A stretch of DNA of 40,373 nucleotides from Candidatus Planktophila sp. Lineage in GTDB: Bacteria; Actinomycetota; Actinomycetes; Nanopelagicales; Nanopelagicaceae. This document shows positions 31,798 through 40,373 of this stretch, one piece after another (position 1 is the first letter of the stretch; the number at the start of each line of letters is the position of its first letter). The notes beneath the pieces were generated by a model. It made no database searches and had not been told where the DNA came from. It saw only the letters and a list, made by a program, of their open reading frames with translations. Location of the stretch: the NCBI GenBank assembly GCA_036723815.1, contig DAIMGQ010000001.1, forward strand, positions 1 through 40,373. Reading direction: 5' to 3'. A program made the translations under genes and the position numbers.

Positions 31798-32892
31798 GTG
31801 GCTACTGAAAAAAGCAACAAAGCAAACGATGCAGCACAAGATAAAGCCAACGTTGAACGCCATAAGGCGTTAGACACAGCCCTAGCCCAGATCGAACGTC
31901 AATTTGGTAAAGGCGCAGTAATGAAGATGTCAGAGCGACAGAACACAGTGATCGAAGTTATTCCAACTGGTTCAATCGCACTAGATATCGCACTTGGTAT
32001 TGGTGGACTTCCACGAGGTCGCGTTGTTGAAATTTACGGACCAGAGTCTTCAGGTAAGACAACCCTTACATTGCATGCAATTGCAAATGCTCAAAAAGCT
32101 GGTGGCATCTGTGCCTTCATCGATGCAGAGCACGCATTTGATTCAGAGTATGCAAAGAAGCTTGGTGTTGATATTGATGCTCTACTGGTTTCGCAGCCAG
32201 ATACAGGTGAGCAAGCGCTAGAAATCATGGACATGCTTATTCGTTCAGGTGCACTTGATCTAGTTGTAGTTGACTCAGTTGCAGCACTTGTTCCTCGCGC
32301 AGAAATCGAAGGCGAGATGGGTGATTCACACATGGGTCTTCAGGCACGTTTGATGTCTCAAGCACTTCGTAAGATCACGGGAGCACTGCACCAATCAAAG
32401 ACAACAGCAATTTTCATTAACCAGTTGCGTGACAAAATCGGTGTCTTCTTTGGTTCACCAGAGACAACTACAGGTGGAAAAGCACTTAAGTTCTACGCCT
32501 CTGTTCGTCTAGATATCCGTCGTATTGAAACGCTTAAGGATGGTCAAGAATCTGTTGGTAACCGTACCCGTGTAAAGGTAGTTAAGAACAAGATGGCTCC
32601 ACCTTTCAAGCAGGCAGAGTTCGACATTATTTACGGCACAGGTATTTCACGCGAAGGCTCATTGATTGATATGGGTGTTGAAATCGGTGTGGTTAAGAAA
32701 TCTGGTGCTTGGTACACCTACGAAGCAGACCAGCTTGGTCAGGGCAAGGAAAATGCACGCGCATTCCTACTTGATAACCCAGATCTAGCCAATGAGATTG
32801 AAAACAAGATCCGCGAACACTTTGTTCCAGTTGAGGTCGATCCAGCACTAGTTGCTGCAATTGACGAAGCTGCCGCAGAGGTGGATTTCTAA
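31798..32892 (+). CDS. recA: Recombinase A
   Basis: 'GPESSGKTT', 'DSVAAL', 'GGKALKFY'; GTG 31798 fits SD AAAGGA spacing (alternative ATG 31792). Confidence 0.99.
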   Translation: MATEKSNKANDAAQDKANVERHKALDTALAQIERQFGKGAVMKMSERQNTVIEVIPTGSIALDIALGIGGLPRGRVVEIYGPESSGKTTLTLHAIANAQKAGGICAFIDAEHAFDSEYAKKLGVDIDALLVSQPDTGEQALEIMDMLIRSGALDLVVVDSVAALVPRAEIEGEMGDSHMGLQARLMSQALRKITGALHQSKTTAIFINQLRDKIGVFFGSPETTTGGKALKFYASVRLDIRRIETLKDGQESVGNRTRVKVVKNKMAPPFKQAEFDIIYGTGISREGSLIDMGVEIGVVKKSGAWYTYEADQLGQGKENARAFLLDNPDLANEIENKIREHFVPVEVDPALVAAIDEAAAEVDF

Positions 32893-32898
32893 GCTCCA

Positions 32899-33405
32899 AT
32901 GCTTGAATATGTAAAGGTCGACCAAGAAGCTGACCCTTACTCAATCGCAAACACCATCGCACTCAATGCCTTGGTTGCTCGCGCTAAGAGTAAGGGTGAG
33001 CTTCTGGCTCACTTAAAAAAGCGTGGAGTAGAAGATGATGTTGCCCAGGCAACCATCTTTCGCCTTCAAGAAAATGGTTTGATCAACGACTCAGAGTTTG
33101 CAAGGGCGTGGACTCAATCCCGCCATACCTCCAAGAAATTGTCCAAGCGAATCATTGCTGGAGAACTTCGCACGAGGGGAGTAGATCAATCCAGTATCGA
33201 TGCAGCATTAGATGAGATTGATGATGAGTCTGAATATCGAACCGCGTTTTCATTGGGTATGAAAAAGTACAACACAATGAGTCGGCTTGAGCCAGAGGTT
33301 CAGATTCGCAGAATTCAATCACTGCTACAGCGAAAAGGTTTTTCTTTTCCTACGATTGTTCGCGTTATTCGCGAGCTAGATGTTCAGTCAGACGAGCTGC
33401 AGTAG
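32899..33405 (+). CDS. recX: Regulatory protein RecX
   Basis: 'GLINDSEFARAW', 'ELRTRGV', 'LQRKGF'; follows recA. Confidence 0.9.
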   Translation: MLEYVKVDQEADPYSIANTIALNALVARAKSKGELLAHLKKRGVEDDVAQATIFRLQENGLINDSEFARAWTQSRHTSKKLSKRIIAGELRTRGVDQSSIDAALDEIDDESEYRTAFSLGMKKYNTMSRLEPEVQIRRIQSLLQRKGFSFPTIVRVIRELDVQSDELQ

Positions 33406-34081
33406 CAACTACAGCAGCGGCATGAATGCGGCCAGGTTGACGTCCTAGACGTTCGATCGGGCCGCTTATGCTTACGGCAGCAATTACTTTGCCGTTAGGT
33501 GCGCGCACAGGTGCTGACACAGATGCAACACCGGCTTCGCGCTCTCCCACAGATTGTGCCCAACCGCGACGACGATCAGCAGATAGTTGTGCGGCGGTAA
33601 AGCGGGCGTTGGTTAAACCACGATGAATCTTTTCGGACTCTTCCCAGGCAAGAAGAATTTGCGCAGCAGAGCCTGCGTGCATGGTGAGGGCTGCGCCAAC
33701 AGGAACTGAGTCACGCAATCCTGATAAACGCTCTGCAACGGCCACACAGATGCGCAGATCTCCTTGACGGCGATATAACTGCGCACTCTCTCCAGTTGCA
33801 TCGCGCAGAGCGGCCAGAGCAGGGGCTGCAGCAGCCAATAAACGATCTTCACCGGCAGCAGCGCCTAATTCACCTGAACGTGGTCCTAGAACAAAGCGTC
33901 CGGCTAAATCACGAGCAACTAAACGGTGGAATTCAAGTGCCACAGCTAGACGGTGGGCGGTAGGGCGGGCGATGCCGGTTGCTGCAACAAGTTCGGCAAG
34001 TGAATGCGGGCCGGCTTCTAGAGTGCTTAGAATTGCCACCGCTTTGTCTAATACGCCAACTCCGCTATTCTTCTTGTTCAT
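33365..34081 (-). CDS. IclR-family regulator (NdgR/LtbR-like)
   Basis: 'SGVGVLDKA', 'RPTAHRLA', 'SVGEREAGVASVSAP'; divergent from leuC. Confidence 0.92.
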   Translation of the reverse strand: MNKKNSGVGVLDKAVAILSTLEAGPHSLAELVAATGIARPTAHRLAVALEFHRLVARDLAGRFVLGPRSGELGAAAGEDRLLAAAAPALAALRDATGESAQLYRRQGDLRICVAVAERLSGLRDSVPVGAALTMHAGSAAQILLAWEESEKIHRGLTNARFTAAQLSADRRRGWAQSVGEREAGVASVSAPVRAPNGKVIAAVSISGPIERLGRQPGRIHAAAVVATAARLTEHLARE

Positions 34082-34084
34082 AGA

Positions 34085-34115
34085 GTGATATTAGCATCTC
34101 AGTATCTGATATCAC
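34085..34115. promoter_or_regulatory. Palindromic operator between IclR and leuC
   Basis: GTGATATTAG-N11-CTGATATCAC (9/10 inverted match), overlapping the IclR -10. Confidence 0.6.
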
Positions 34116-34143
34116 AACCTGGACATGTAAGGAGCAGTACATC

Positions 34144-35535
34144 GTGGGTAAAACGCTAGCCGAGAAAATTTGGGCAGAGCATGTTGTTCGCGCAGCAGAT
34201 GGCGAACCAGATCTGATTTATATCGATCTGCATTTAATCCACGAAGTAACTAGCCCACAAGCATTTGATGGACTGCGCCTTGCCGGACGCCCAGTTCGTC
34301 GCCCTGATCTAACGATTGCTACAGAAGATCACAATGTGCCGACACAGAATATTAATCTGCCGATCGCAGATCCAGTTTCAAAGCTGCAGGTCGATACCTT
34401 GCGCGCAAACTGTAAAGAGTTTGGGCTTCGTATTCACTCACTCGGTGATAAGGATCAGGGAGTTGTTCACGTTGTTGGACCACAACTTGGTGTTACACAA
34501 CCTGGAATGACGATTGTGTGCGGAGATTCTCACACATCCACCCACGGTGCTTTCGGAGCACTTGCTTTTGGTATTGGTACCTCAGAAGTAGAGCATGTTC
34601 TTGCTACACAAACATTGCCTTTGCAACGACCAAAGACAATGGCGATTAATGTTGAAGGCTCACTCAAGCCTGGTGTGACATCTAAGGACATCATCCTTGC
34701 GATCATTGCAAAGATTGGCACGGGCGGTGGCCAGGGGTATGTCATTGAATACCGAGGCAGTGCAATCCGTGCCTTGTCAATGGAATCTCGAATGACAGTG
34801 TGCAATATGTCTATTGAAGCAGGAGCAAGAGCAGGACTGATTGCTCCAGATCAAACTACTTTTGATTACATCAAGGGTAAGCCTCATGCACCTGAGGATT
34901 TTGATGCAGCTGTTTCTTATTGGAAAACATTATTTACAGATGCCGATGCCAAGTTTGATGTTGAGGTAAATCTAAGCGCAGATGAGCTAGAGCCATTTGT
35001 TACATGGGGAACTAACCCAGGCCAAGGTTTGCCGCTTAATTCAGTGGTTCCAAACCCAGCCGATATTGCAGACTCAGAGGCACGCACGGCTGCAGAACGA
35101 GCACTTGTATACATGGGTCTTGAGGCGGGCACCCCACTTAAAAAGATAGCCATTGACACTGTTTTCTTGGGCTCTTGCACTAACGGGCGCATTGAAGATT
35201 TGCGTGCAGCTGCAGATATCTTAAAGGGTAAGAAGATCGCTTCAACGCTGCGCATGCTGGTTGTTCCAGGATCGGCGCGAGTGCGCTTGGAGGCAGAAGC
35301 AGAAGGTCTGGACAAGGTCTTTCTTGATGCCGGTGCTGAATGGCGAAATGCAGGATGCTCAATGTGTCTTGGTATGAACCCTGATCAGTTAGCAGTAGGA
35401 GAGCGCTCTGCTTCAACTTCAAACCGTAACTTTGAAGGTCGCCAAGGTAAGGGCGGTCGCACTCACTTAGTAAGTCCACTTGTCGCAGCTGCTACAGCGC
35501 TGCGTGGAACACTGTCTTCACCTGCGGATCTGTAA
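34144..35535 (+). CDS. leuC: 3-isopropylmalate dehydratase large subunit
   Basis: 'HEVTSPQAF', 'CGDSHT', 'GSCTN', 'GCSMCLGMN'. Confidence 0.98.
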   Translation: MGKTLAEKIWAEHVVRAADGEPDLIYIDLHLIHEVTSPQAFDGLRLAGRPVRRPDLTIATEDHNVPTQNINLPIADPVSKLQVDTLRANCKEFGLRIHSLGDKDQGVVHVVGPQLGVTQPGMTIVCGDSHTSTHGAFGALAFGIGTSEVEHVLATQTLPLQRPKTMAINVEGSLKPGVTSKDIILAIIAKIGTGGGQGYVIEYRGSAIRALSMESRMTVCNMSIEAGARAGLIAPDQTTFDYIKGKPHAPEDFDAAVSYWKTLFTDADAKFDVEVNLSADELEPFVTWGTNPGQGLPLNSVVPNPADIADSEARTAAERALVYMGLEAGTPLKKIAIDTVFLGSCTNGRIEDLRAAADILKGKKIASTLRMLVVPGSARVRLEAEAEGLDKVFLDAGAEWRNAGCSMCLGMNPDQLAVGERSASTSNRNFEGRQGKGGRTHLVSPLVAAATALRGTLSSPADL

Positions 35536-35547
35536 GGAGCTAAGTCC

Positions 35548-36147
35548 ATGGAAAAATTCATTAAGCACATCGGCACCGGAGTTCCACTACGTCGCAGCAA
35601 TGTTGATACAGATCAGATAATCCCTGCTGTCTATTTAAAGCGAGTAACGCGCAGTGGCTTTGAAGATGGTCTATTTGCTGCTTGGAGAAATGATCCTGAA
35701 TTTGTTCTCAACAAGGAGGCCTTCAAGAATGGCACAGTTCTTATTGCAGGAGCGGATTTTGGAACAGGTTCTTCACGTGAGCACGCAGTATGGGCGCTAC
35801 AGAACTATGGCTTCAAGGTAGTTATTTCTAGCCGCTTTGCAGATATCTTCCGTGGCAATTCACTCAAGGGTGGATTGTTAACGATCATTTTGGATCAAGC
35901 AGAGGTGGAGGCGATGTGGGCTGCTGTAGAAGCAGATCCAGCAACCCCAATCACAGTTGATCTAGAGACCCGCACCGTTGGCTATGGATCAAAGAGTTTG
36001 TCATTTCAAATCGATGATTACACCCGCTGGCGCTTGATGGAAGGATTGGATGACATTGGTTTGACCCTAAAACAGACTGATTCCATTGATTCTTTTGAGA
36101 AATCTCGCCCTGTATATAAGCCAACTACTCTTCCTATTCGTTCGTAG
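35548..36147 (+). CDS. leuD: 3-isopropylmalate dehydratase small subunit
   Basis: 'NVDTDQIIP', '[10 protein letters not shown]', 'GLDDIG'. Confidence 0.98.
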   Translation: MEKFIKHIGTGVPLRRSNVDTDQIIPAVYLKRVTRSGFEDGLFAAWRNDPEFVLNKEAFKNGTVLIAGADFGTGSSREHAVWALQNYGFKVVISSRFADIFRGNSLKGGLLTIILDQAEVEAMWAAVEADPATPITVDLETRTVGYGSKSLSFQIDDYTRWRLMEGLDDIGLTLKQTDSIDSFEKSRPVYKPTTLPIRS

Positions 36148-36310
36148 GGGCTAAAAACAAGCGTAAAACGCGGGTTTTACGTGTGGGTGAGAGAGTGCGC
36201 GCCCAACCCTCAATCTTGTATTTAGAGTTTTCTACGCATAAAAACCGCATTTTTCATCATTTCTATAAAAAAATAAAAAGCGCGACACGCGCAATTCAAT
36301 AACCACATCA

Positions 36311-36378
36311 CCCCTTATATGCGCGTAAGTTTATGAACACGTTAAGCAGTTGCTTAACATTTACGCGTAAATAAGGGG
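36311..36378. repeat. 20-bp imperfect inverted repeat covering the hup SD, enclosing an 8-bp perfect inverted repeat
   Basis: CCCCTTATATGCGCGTAAGT / ATTTACGCGTAAATAAGGGG (17/20); inner GTTAAGCA-GT-TGCTTAAC. Confidence 0.8.
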
Positions 36379-36384
36379 ATTTCA

Positions 36385-36849
36385 ATGAATAAGGCCCAAT
36401 TCATTGCTGCGTTAGCACCACACTTCAACGACAGCAAAAAAGAAGCAGCTCACGCTGTAGACATCGTTTTTGACACAATCATCCGTAACCTTGCAAAGGG
36501 TGAAGATGTAATGATCAACGATTTCGGTAAGTTCAAGAAGGTTGATCGCAAGGCACGTATGGGACGTAACCCATTTACTGGCGAGACAATCAAGATCAAG
36601 GCTTCAAAGAAGGCACGCTTCCTACCTGCAAAGGCACTTAAGGAAGTTATTGCTGGAGATCGCAAGCTTGCTCCAGCACCAAAGCCAGAGCCAAAGGTAG
36701 TTGCTAAGCCAGTTGCTAAGAAGGCAGCGCCAAAGAAGGCAGCTAAGAAGGCAGCGCCAAAGAAGGCTGCTAAGAAGGTTGCAAAGAAGTCTCCTGCTAA
36801 GAAGAAGCCAGCAGCGAAGAAGGTTGTAAAGAAGGCAAAGAAGAAGTAA
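36385..36849 (+). CDS. hup: HU family DNA-binding protein with Lys/Ala-rich tail (HupB/HupS-like)
   Basis: 'FGKF...RKARMGRNPFTGE', PAKK-type tail. Confidence 0.95.
   Translation: MNKAQFIAALAPHFNDSKKEAAHAVDIVFDTIIRNLAKGEDVMINDFGKFKKVDRKARMGRNPFTGETIKIKASKKARFLPAKALKEVIAGDRKLAPAPKPEPKVVAKPVAKKAAPKKAAKKAAPKKAAKKVAKKSPAKKKPAAKKVVKKAKKK
36715..36777 (+). repeat. 27-bp tandem repeat in the hup tail (AKKAAPKKA)
   Basis: GCTAAGAAGGCAGCGCCAAAGAAGGCW, two copies plus a partial. Confidence 0.85.
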
Positions 36850-36862
36850 TTCTTTTGCTTAT

Positions 36863-36895
36863 AAAGCGGGGCTGGCTAACGCTAGCCCCGTTTTT
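36863..36895 (+). terminator. Intrinsic terminator after hup
   Basis: GCGGGGCTGGC-TAAC-GCTAGCCCCGT followed by a T-run. Confidence 0.8.
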
Positions 36896-36921
36896 GCATA
36901 TACGGCACTATTATTAAGGCC

Positions 36922-37704
36922 ATGACGGAGTACAAGATTTCATATGCTCCACCTGAGGGAAATCCCCTCGGAACTAATTTTGCTTTTAAGTTCGGCACAA
37001 AGGTCGTTATCCCACTTCTTAATCTGGTGGGAAAAAAGGTTTGGCGTGGGGGAGAAAATATCCCCAAGAGTGGCAAGGCAATTGTCGCAAGCAACCATGT
37101 TTCATATTTAGATGTTTTGTTTCTTACCCACTTTCTTTATCGCAATGGGCGGGCTCCTCGTTACATCGGTAAAGAAGGTGTTTTTAAAGTTCCTGTCATT
37201 GGAAAAGTTGTTCTAGCAGCTGGCATGGTTCCAGTGGCTCGTGAAAGCAAGGATGCCTCCAAAGCCTTAGATCATGCGCTGCGTCTTTTGGAGATGGGTC
37301 ATTGCGTTGGTGTTTATCCAGAAGGAACATTAACTAGGGATCCAAACGGATGGCCGATGGTTGCAAAAACTGGTCTTGCTCGACTCGCTATTGCTACACG
37401 GACTCCGATCGTTCCCATTGCGCAATGGGGTTCGCAGATTGTTATGCCAACCTATGAGAAGAAGATTAAATTCTTCCCTCGAACTCCAATACAGGTGTTG
37501 GCTGGCAAGCCTCTGGATTTATCTCCCTGGTATGGAAAAGAGAATGATCCAGACGCGTTACGTGAAGCCACAGCATTTGTAATGCGAGAGCTGACCAATC
37601 TCTTGGAAGAGCTTCGTGGAGAAAAGCGTCCGGTTGAGATATTTGACCCACACAATTCAACTCTGCCACGTACTGGTAATTTTAAGAAGGGCAAGAAGAA
37701 GTGA
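36922..37704 (+). CDS. plsC: 1-acyl-sn-glycerol-3-phosphate acyltransferase
   Basis: NHVSYLD and YPEGT motifs. Confidence 0.9.
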   Translation: MTEYKISYAPPEGNPLGTNFAFKFGTKVVIPLLNLVGKKVWRGGENIPKSGKAIVASNHVSYLDVLFLTHFLYRNGRAPRYIGKEGVFKVPVIGKVVLAAGMVPVARESKDASKALDHALRLLEMGHCVGVYPEGTLTRDPNGWPMVAKTGLARLAIATRTPIVPIAQWGSQIVMPTYEKKIKFFPRTPIQVLAGKPLDLSPWYGKENDPDALREATAFVMRELTNLLEELRGEKRPVEIFDPHNSTLPRTGNFKKGKKK

Positions 37705-38702
37705 GCAAGGTAGTAGTGCTGGGTGCTGGTCAATGGGGAAGCACTATGGCTCAAGTTTTATGCGATGCCGGCAACCACGTGTTGTTGTGGGGCCGAAATC
37801 AAGATGTCGTAGATGAGATCAACAACAATCACACCAATAGAAAATACTTGGACGATAACGTTCTTCCAGTTGGGCTCAGAGCAACAAGTGATCTTCAAGA
37901 GGCATTTGATTATTCAAATACTTATATCTTGGCAGTGCCAGCACAAACCTTGCGTGAGAATTTAAAGAGCTGGAAGCCTTTGGCCCAGCCAGGTGCTATT
38001 TATGTCAGTACTTTAAAGGGCATTGAGGTAAGCACAATGTCTCGAATGACTGAGATTATTCATGAGGTAATGGAGACTGAAAACATCGCAATTATCACGG
38101 GCCCCAATCTTGCTAATGAGTTGATTTTGCGCCAGCCTGCGGGAGCGGTTGCCGCCGCTTCAAATATGGTTTTGGCGGAGAAAGTTCAGCAACTTTTTGC
38201 TACTCCTTACTACCGCGTTTACACATCTGTGGACGTCTTGGGATGCGAGTTTGCTGGTGCGATTAAAAGCGTGATCGCACTTGCAGTTGGTATTTCTATT
38301 GGACTTGGTTTTGGTGAAAACACTCAGGCGATGTTGATTACCCGCGGACTAAATGAGGTCGCACGCTTGTGTGCAGCTCATAACGCAGATCCGCTAAGTG
38401 CTGCTGGTTTGGCTGGTATGGGAGATCTCGTTGCAAGTTGTGGTTCTCCATTGTCTAGAAACCGAACCTTTGGTGAAGTGCTAGGTCGAAGCGGTTCCAT
38501 GGATGTTGCTCGCACAGAGGTAGCAAAGACTGTTGAAGGTGTTGCATCATCTAGTGCAATTCTTGAGATTGCCCACCGGGTTGGCGTTGAAGTACCAGTT
38601 ATTGAGGCTGTCGCAGATGTGGTTTCAGGAGCGATTACACCGACACAGGCACTTGATCGCCTAATGGAGATAACCACCAAAGCTGAAAACTTTATTAGAT
38701 GA
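37701..38702 (+). CDS. gpsA: NAD(P)H-dependent glycerol-3-phosphate dehydrogenase
   Basis: 'GAGQWG', 'GPNLA', 'GLAGMGDL', 'SRNR', 'VEGV'. Confidence 0.95.
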   Translation: MSKVVVLGAGQWGSTMAQVLCDAGNHVLLWGRNQDVVDEINNNHTNRKYLDDNVLPVGLRATSDLQEAFDYSNTYILAVPAQTLRENLKSWKPLAQPGAIYVSTLKGIEVSTMSRMTEIIHEVMETENIAIITGPNLANELILRQPAGAVAAASNMVLAEKVQQLFATPYYRVYTSVDVLGCEFAGAIKSVIALAVGISIGLGFGENTQAMLITRGLNEVARLCAAHNADPLSAAGLAGMGDLVASCGSPLSRNRTFGEVLGRSGSMDVARTEVAKTVEGVASSSAILEIAHRVGVEVPVIEAVADVVSGAITPTQALDRLMEITTKAENFIR

Positions 38703-39727
38703 GCAAACAAATAATCGCAATTATTTGCGGTGGCCCTAGTAGCGAGCACGAGGTTTCTTGCGTGTCAGCAGGGGGAGTGCTCAAGGGTTTGGATAGGCAA
38801 CGATTTGAGCCCTTGTTAATTGGTATTACTAAGTCGGGCGTTTGGGTCGAACTTCCAAATGATTATCAGTTAGAGATCGTTAACAAGCAGATGCCGGTAA
38901 TTGAGGATAACGGGCGACATATTGAAGTGAGTCAGTCAGGATTTTCAATTGACGGACAACTGCTTGATATTGATTGTGTATTTCCCGTCCTGCACGGTGA
39001 ATTTGGCGAAGATGGACAGATCCAAAACTTACTTGATGAAGCAGAGATGGCTTATGTTGGCAGTGGTGTCAGCGCATCGGCACAAGCCATGGATAAGGCA
39101 GTTGCAAAGCTGCTATTCGCATCTAGCGGCATGAAGATTGCAGAGGGAGTAGCCGTTCATGCCGACGATTGGCAGAGTGCAGTTGACTCTTTGAGTTATC
39201 CAGTGTTTGTAAAACCAGCCAGTGGCGGTTCAAGTCGCGGCACTCATAAAGTTAAGAGTTCTGCCGAATTGAAGCCAGCGATCACCGATGCCTTGCTCTA
39301 TGACAGTAAAGTTTTGATTGAAACTGCCATAAAAGGACGCGAGATTGAGTGCGCAGTTTTAGAACGAGATGGCAAGGTTGAGGCTTCGGTTGTTGGGGAA
39401 ATTATTGTTAACCCTAAATTTGAATTCTATGATTTTGAGGCTAAGTATTTAGATGATGCAACTACCGTAAGGATTCCTGCTGATATTCCAGAGCTGGACG
39501 CAGATGAGATTCGACGACTTGCTGTTGCAGCATTTCATGTTTTGGGATGTTCTGGATTAGCTCGCTGCGACTTTTTCTACACACATGATGGTGAAATAAT
39601 TATTAATGAAGTTAATACTATGCCCGGTTTTACTGGCACTTCGGTCTATCCAAAATTGTGGCAGGCCTCAGGGGTTACTTACACCGATTTGATTTCAGCG
39701 CTTATAGATACTGCGCTTTCTTCCTAG
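38699..39727 (+). CDS. ddl: D-alanine--D-alanine ligase
   Basis: 'GGPSSEHEVS', 'LHGEFGEDG', 'YDFEAKY', 'NEVNTMPGFT'. Confidence 0.96.
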   Translation: MSKQIIAIICGGPSSEHEVSCVSAGGVLKGLDRQRFEPLLIGITKSGVWVELPNDYQLEIVNKQMPVIEDNGRHIEVSQSGFSIDGQLLDIDCVFPVLHGEFGEDGQIQNLLDEAEMAYVGSGVSASAQAMDKAVAKLLFASSGMKIAEGVAVHADDWQSAVDSLSYPVFVKPASGGSSRGTHKVKSSAELKPAITDALLYDSKVLIETAIKGREIECAVLERDGKVEASVVGEIIVNPKFEFYDFEAKYLDDATTVRIPADIPELDADEIRRLAVAAFHVLGCSGLARCDFFYTHDGEIIINEVNTMPGFTGTSVYPKLWQASGVTYTDLISALIDTALSS

Positions 39728-39963
39728 CTAAGGTGTGTTACAGGGCAGGTTAATGTGCGAGTAATGCCTGGCACGCCCTGAACTTTAGAAAGCACCAAAC
39801 GTCCGAAATCTTCCATGCTTGCTGACTCAGCACGCATGATTACATCGTAAGGACCGGTGACACCTTCTGCCAGTGTGACTCCAGGGATCTTTGCAACTGC
39901 ATCTGCAACTCCTGTTGCCTTGCCAACTTCAGTTTGAATCAGAATGAAAGCTTGTACTGACAT
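39724..39963 (-). CDS. Stand-alone Lrp/AsnC ligand-binding domain protein
   Basis: 'VQAFILIQTEVG...VTGPYDVI...ITRTLTCPV'; SD GAAAGGA; divergent from thiL. Confidence 0.88.
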   Translation of the reverse strand: MSVQAFILIQTEVGKATGVADAVAKIPGVTLAEGVTGPYDVIMRAESASMEDFGRLVLSKVQGVPGITRTLTCPVTHLS

Positions 39964-40039
39964 GTGAGTTCCTTTCTGGTCGAGGCTCAAACGCTACCGC
40001 AGAACATCACTTACTCACTAGTCGATTAGGCTAGGTGCT

Positions 40040-40373
40040 ATGAACTTCAATGAGGCGGGCGTGATTTCTGCTTTAACGCGCATTTTTGGCGCGACTCATC
40101 GCGGGGTCGAGATAGGAATCGGTGATGACGGGGCGGTAGTTACAACAACCGATCGCACTGTCATCACAACCGATATGGCTGTTGAGGGAACACATTTTTC
40201 CACCAAGTGGAGTAGCGCATTTGATATTGGTCGCAAGATTGCAGCTGCAAACTTGGCAGATGTGTATGCGATGGGTGGTTCTCCAAAGTACTTAGTAGTT
40301 GCAGTAACCCTTACTGGCCAAGAAAGTATGGAATGGATTGAAGAACTCGCAGAAGGAATAGCCCATGAAGCAA
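40040..40373 (+). CDS. thiL: Thiamine-monophosphate kinase, 3'-truncated by the window edge (absent from the ORF track)
   Basis: Manual translation MNFNEAGVIS...GIGDDGAVV...TTDMAVEGTHF...AANLADVYAMGG. Confidence 0.93.
   Translation, partial: MNFNEAGVISALTRIFGATHRGVEIGIGDDGAVVTTTDRTVITTDMAVEGTHFSTKWSSAFDIGRKIAAANLADVYAMGGSPKYLVVAVTLTGQESMEWIEELAEGIAHEA

Noticed and set aside
31571..31877. ORFs 31571-31768(-), 31602-31877(-) and 31605-31808(+) in the recA upstream region
   Set aside because: No recognisable family, and they overlap the promoter, SOS box and structured leader, which explain the region better.
31798..32892. Intein or intron in recA
   Set aside because: Length is normal and RecA motifs are continuous.
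36148..36310. Possible tRNA or insertion remnant in the leuD-hup spacer
   Set aside because: No cloverleaf or T-loop signature and no terminal repeats. Only small hairpins (e.g. GCGTAAAAC/GTTTTACGT) and A-tracts typical of promoter-upstream DNA are present.
36715..36777. Short direct repeats as a possible CRISPR array
   Set aside because: They are in-frame coding repeats of the HU tail with no spacers and no cas genes.

Overview
Core-genome segment of a gene-dense, streamlined actinobacterium. Short spacers, overlapping genes, a polyamine ABC transporter plus agmatinase, thyX and low GC for the phylum suggest a freshwater acI/Nanopelagicales-like organism (inference). Gene order: potB(partial)-potC-speB, rip1/rseP-ispG-proS-TSUP, rimP-nusA-ylxR-infB-rbfA-truB-ribF, rpsO-pnp-M16-dapB-redoxin, azlCD(-), thyX-dapA-rnj-ftsK-rodZ-rimO-pgsA-cinA-clgR-TetR-DUF3046-hydrolase, yaaA(-), recA-recX, IclR(-), leuCD, hup, plsC-gpsA-ddl, Lrp-domain(-), thiL(partial). 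I saw no mobile elements, CRISPR arrays, tRNA or rRNA. The most interesting signals are non-coding: (1) three ATGA stop/start-coupled mini-ORFs ending at a GNRA hairpin just ahead of the infB (IF2) ribosome-binding site; (2) a 20-bp inverted repeat that can sequester the hup SD or form a cruciform; (3) a multi-hairpin recA leader behind a PafBC-type promoter and LexA box; (4) a second PafBC-like promoter before rip1, where dxr normally lies; (5) pervasive leaderless promoters.
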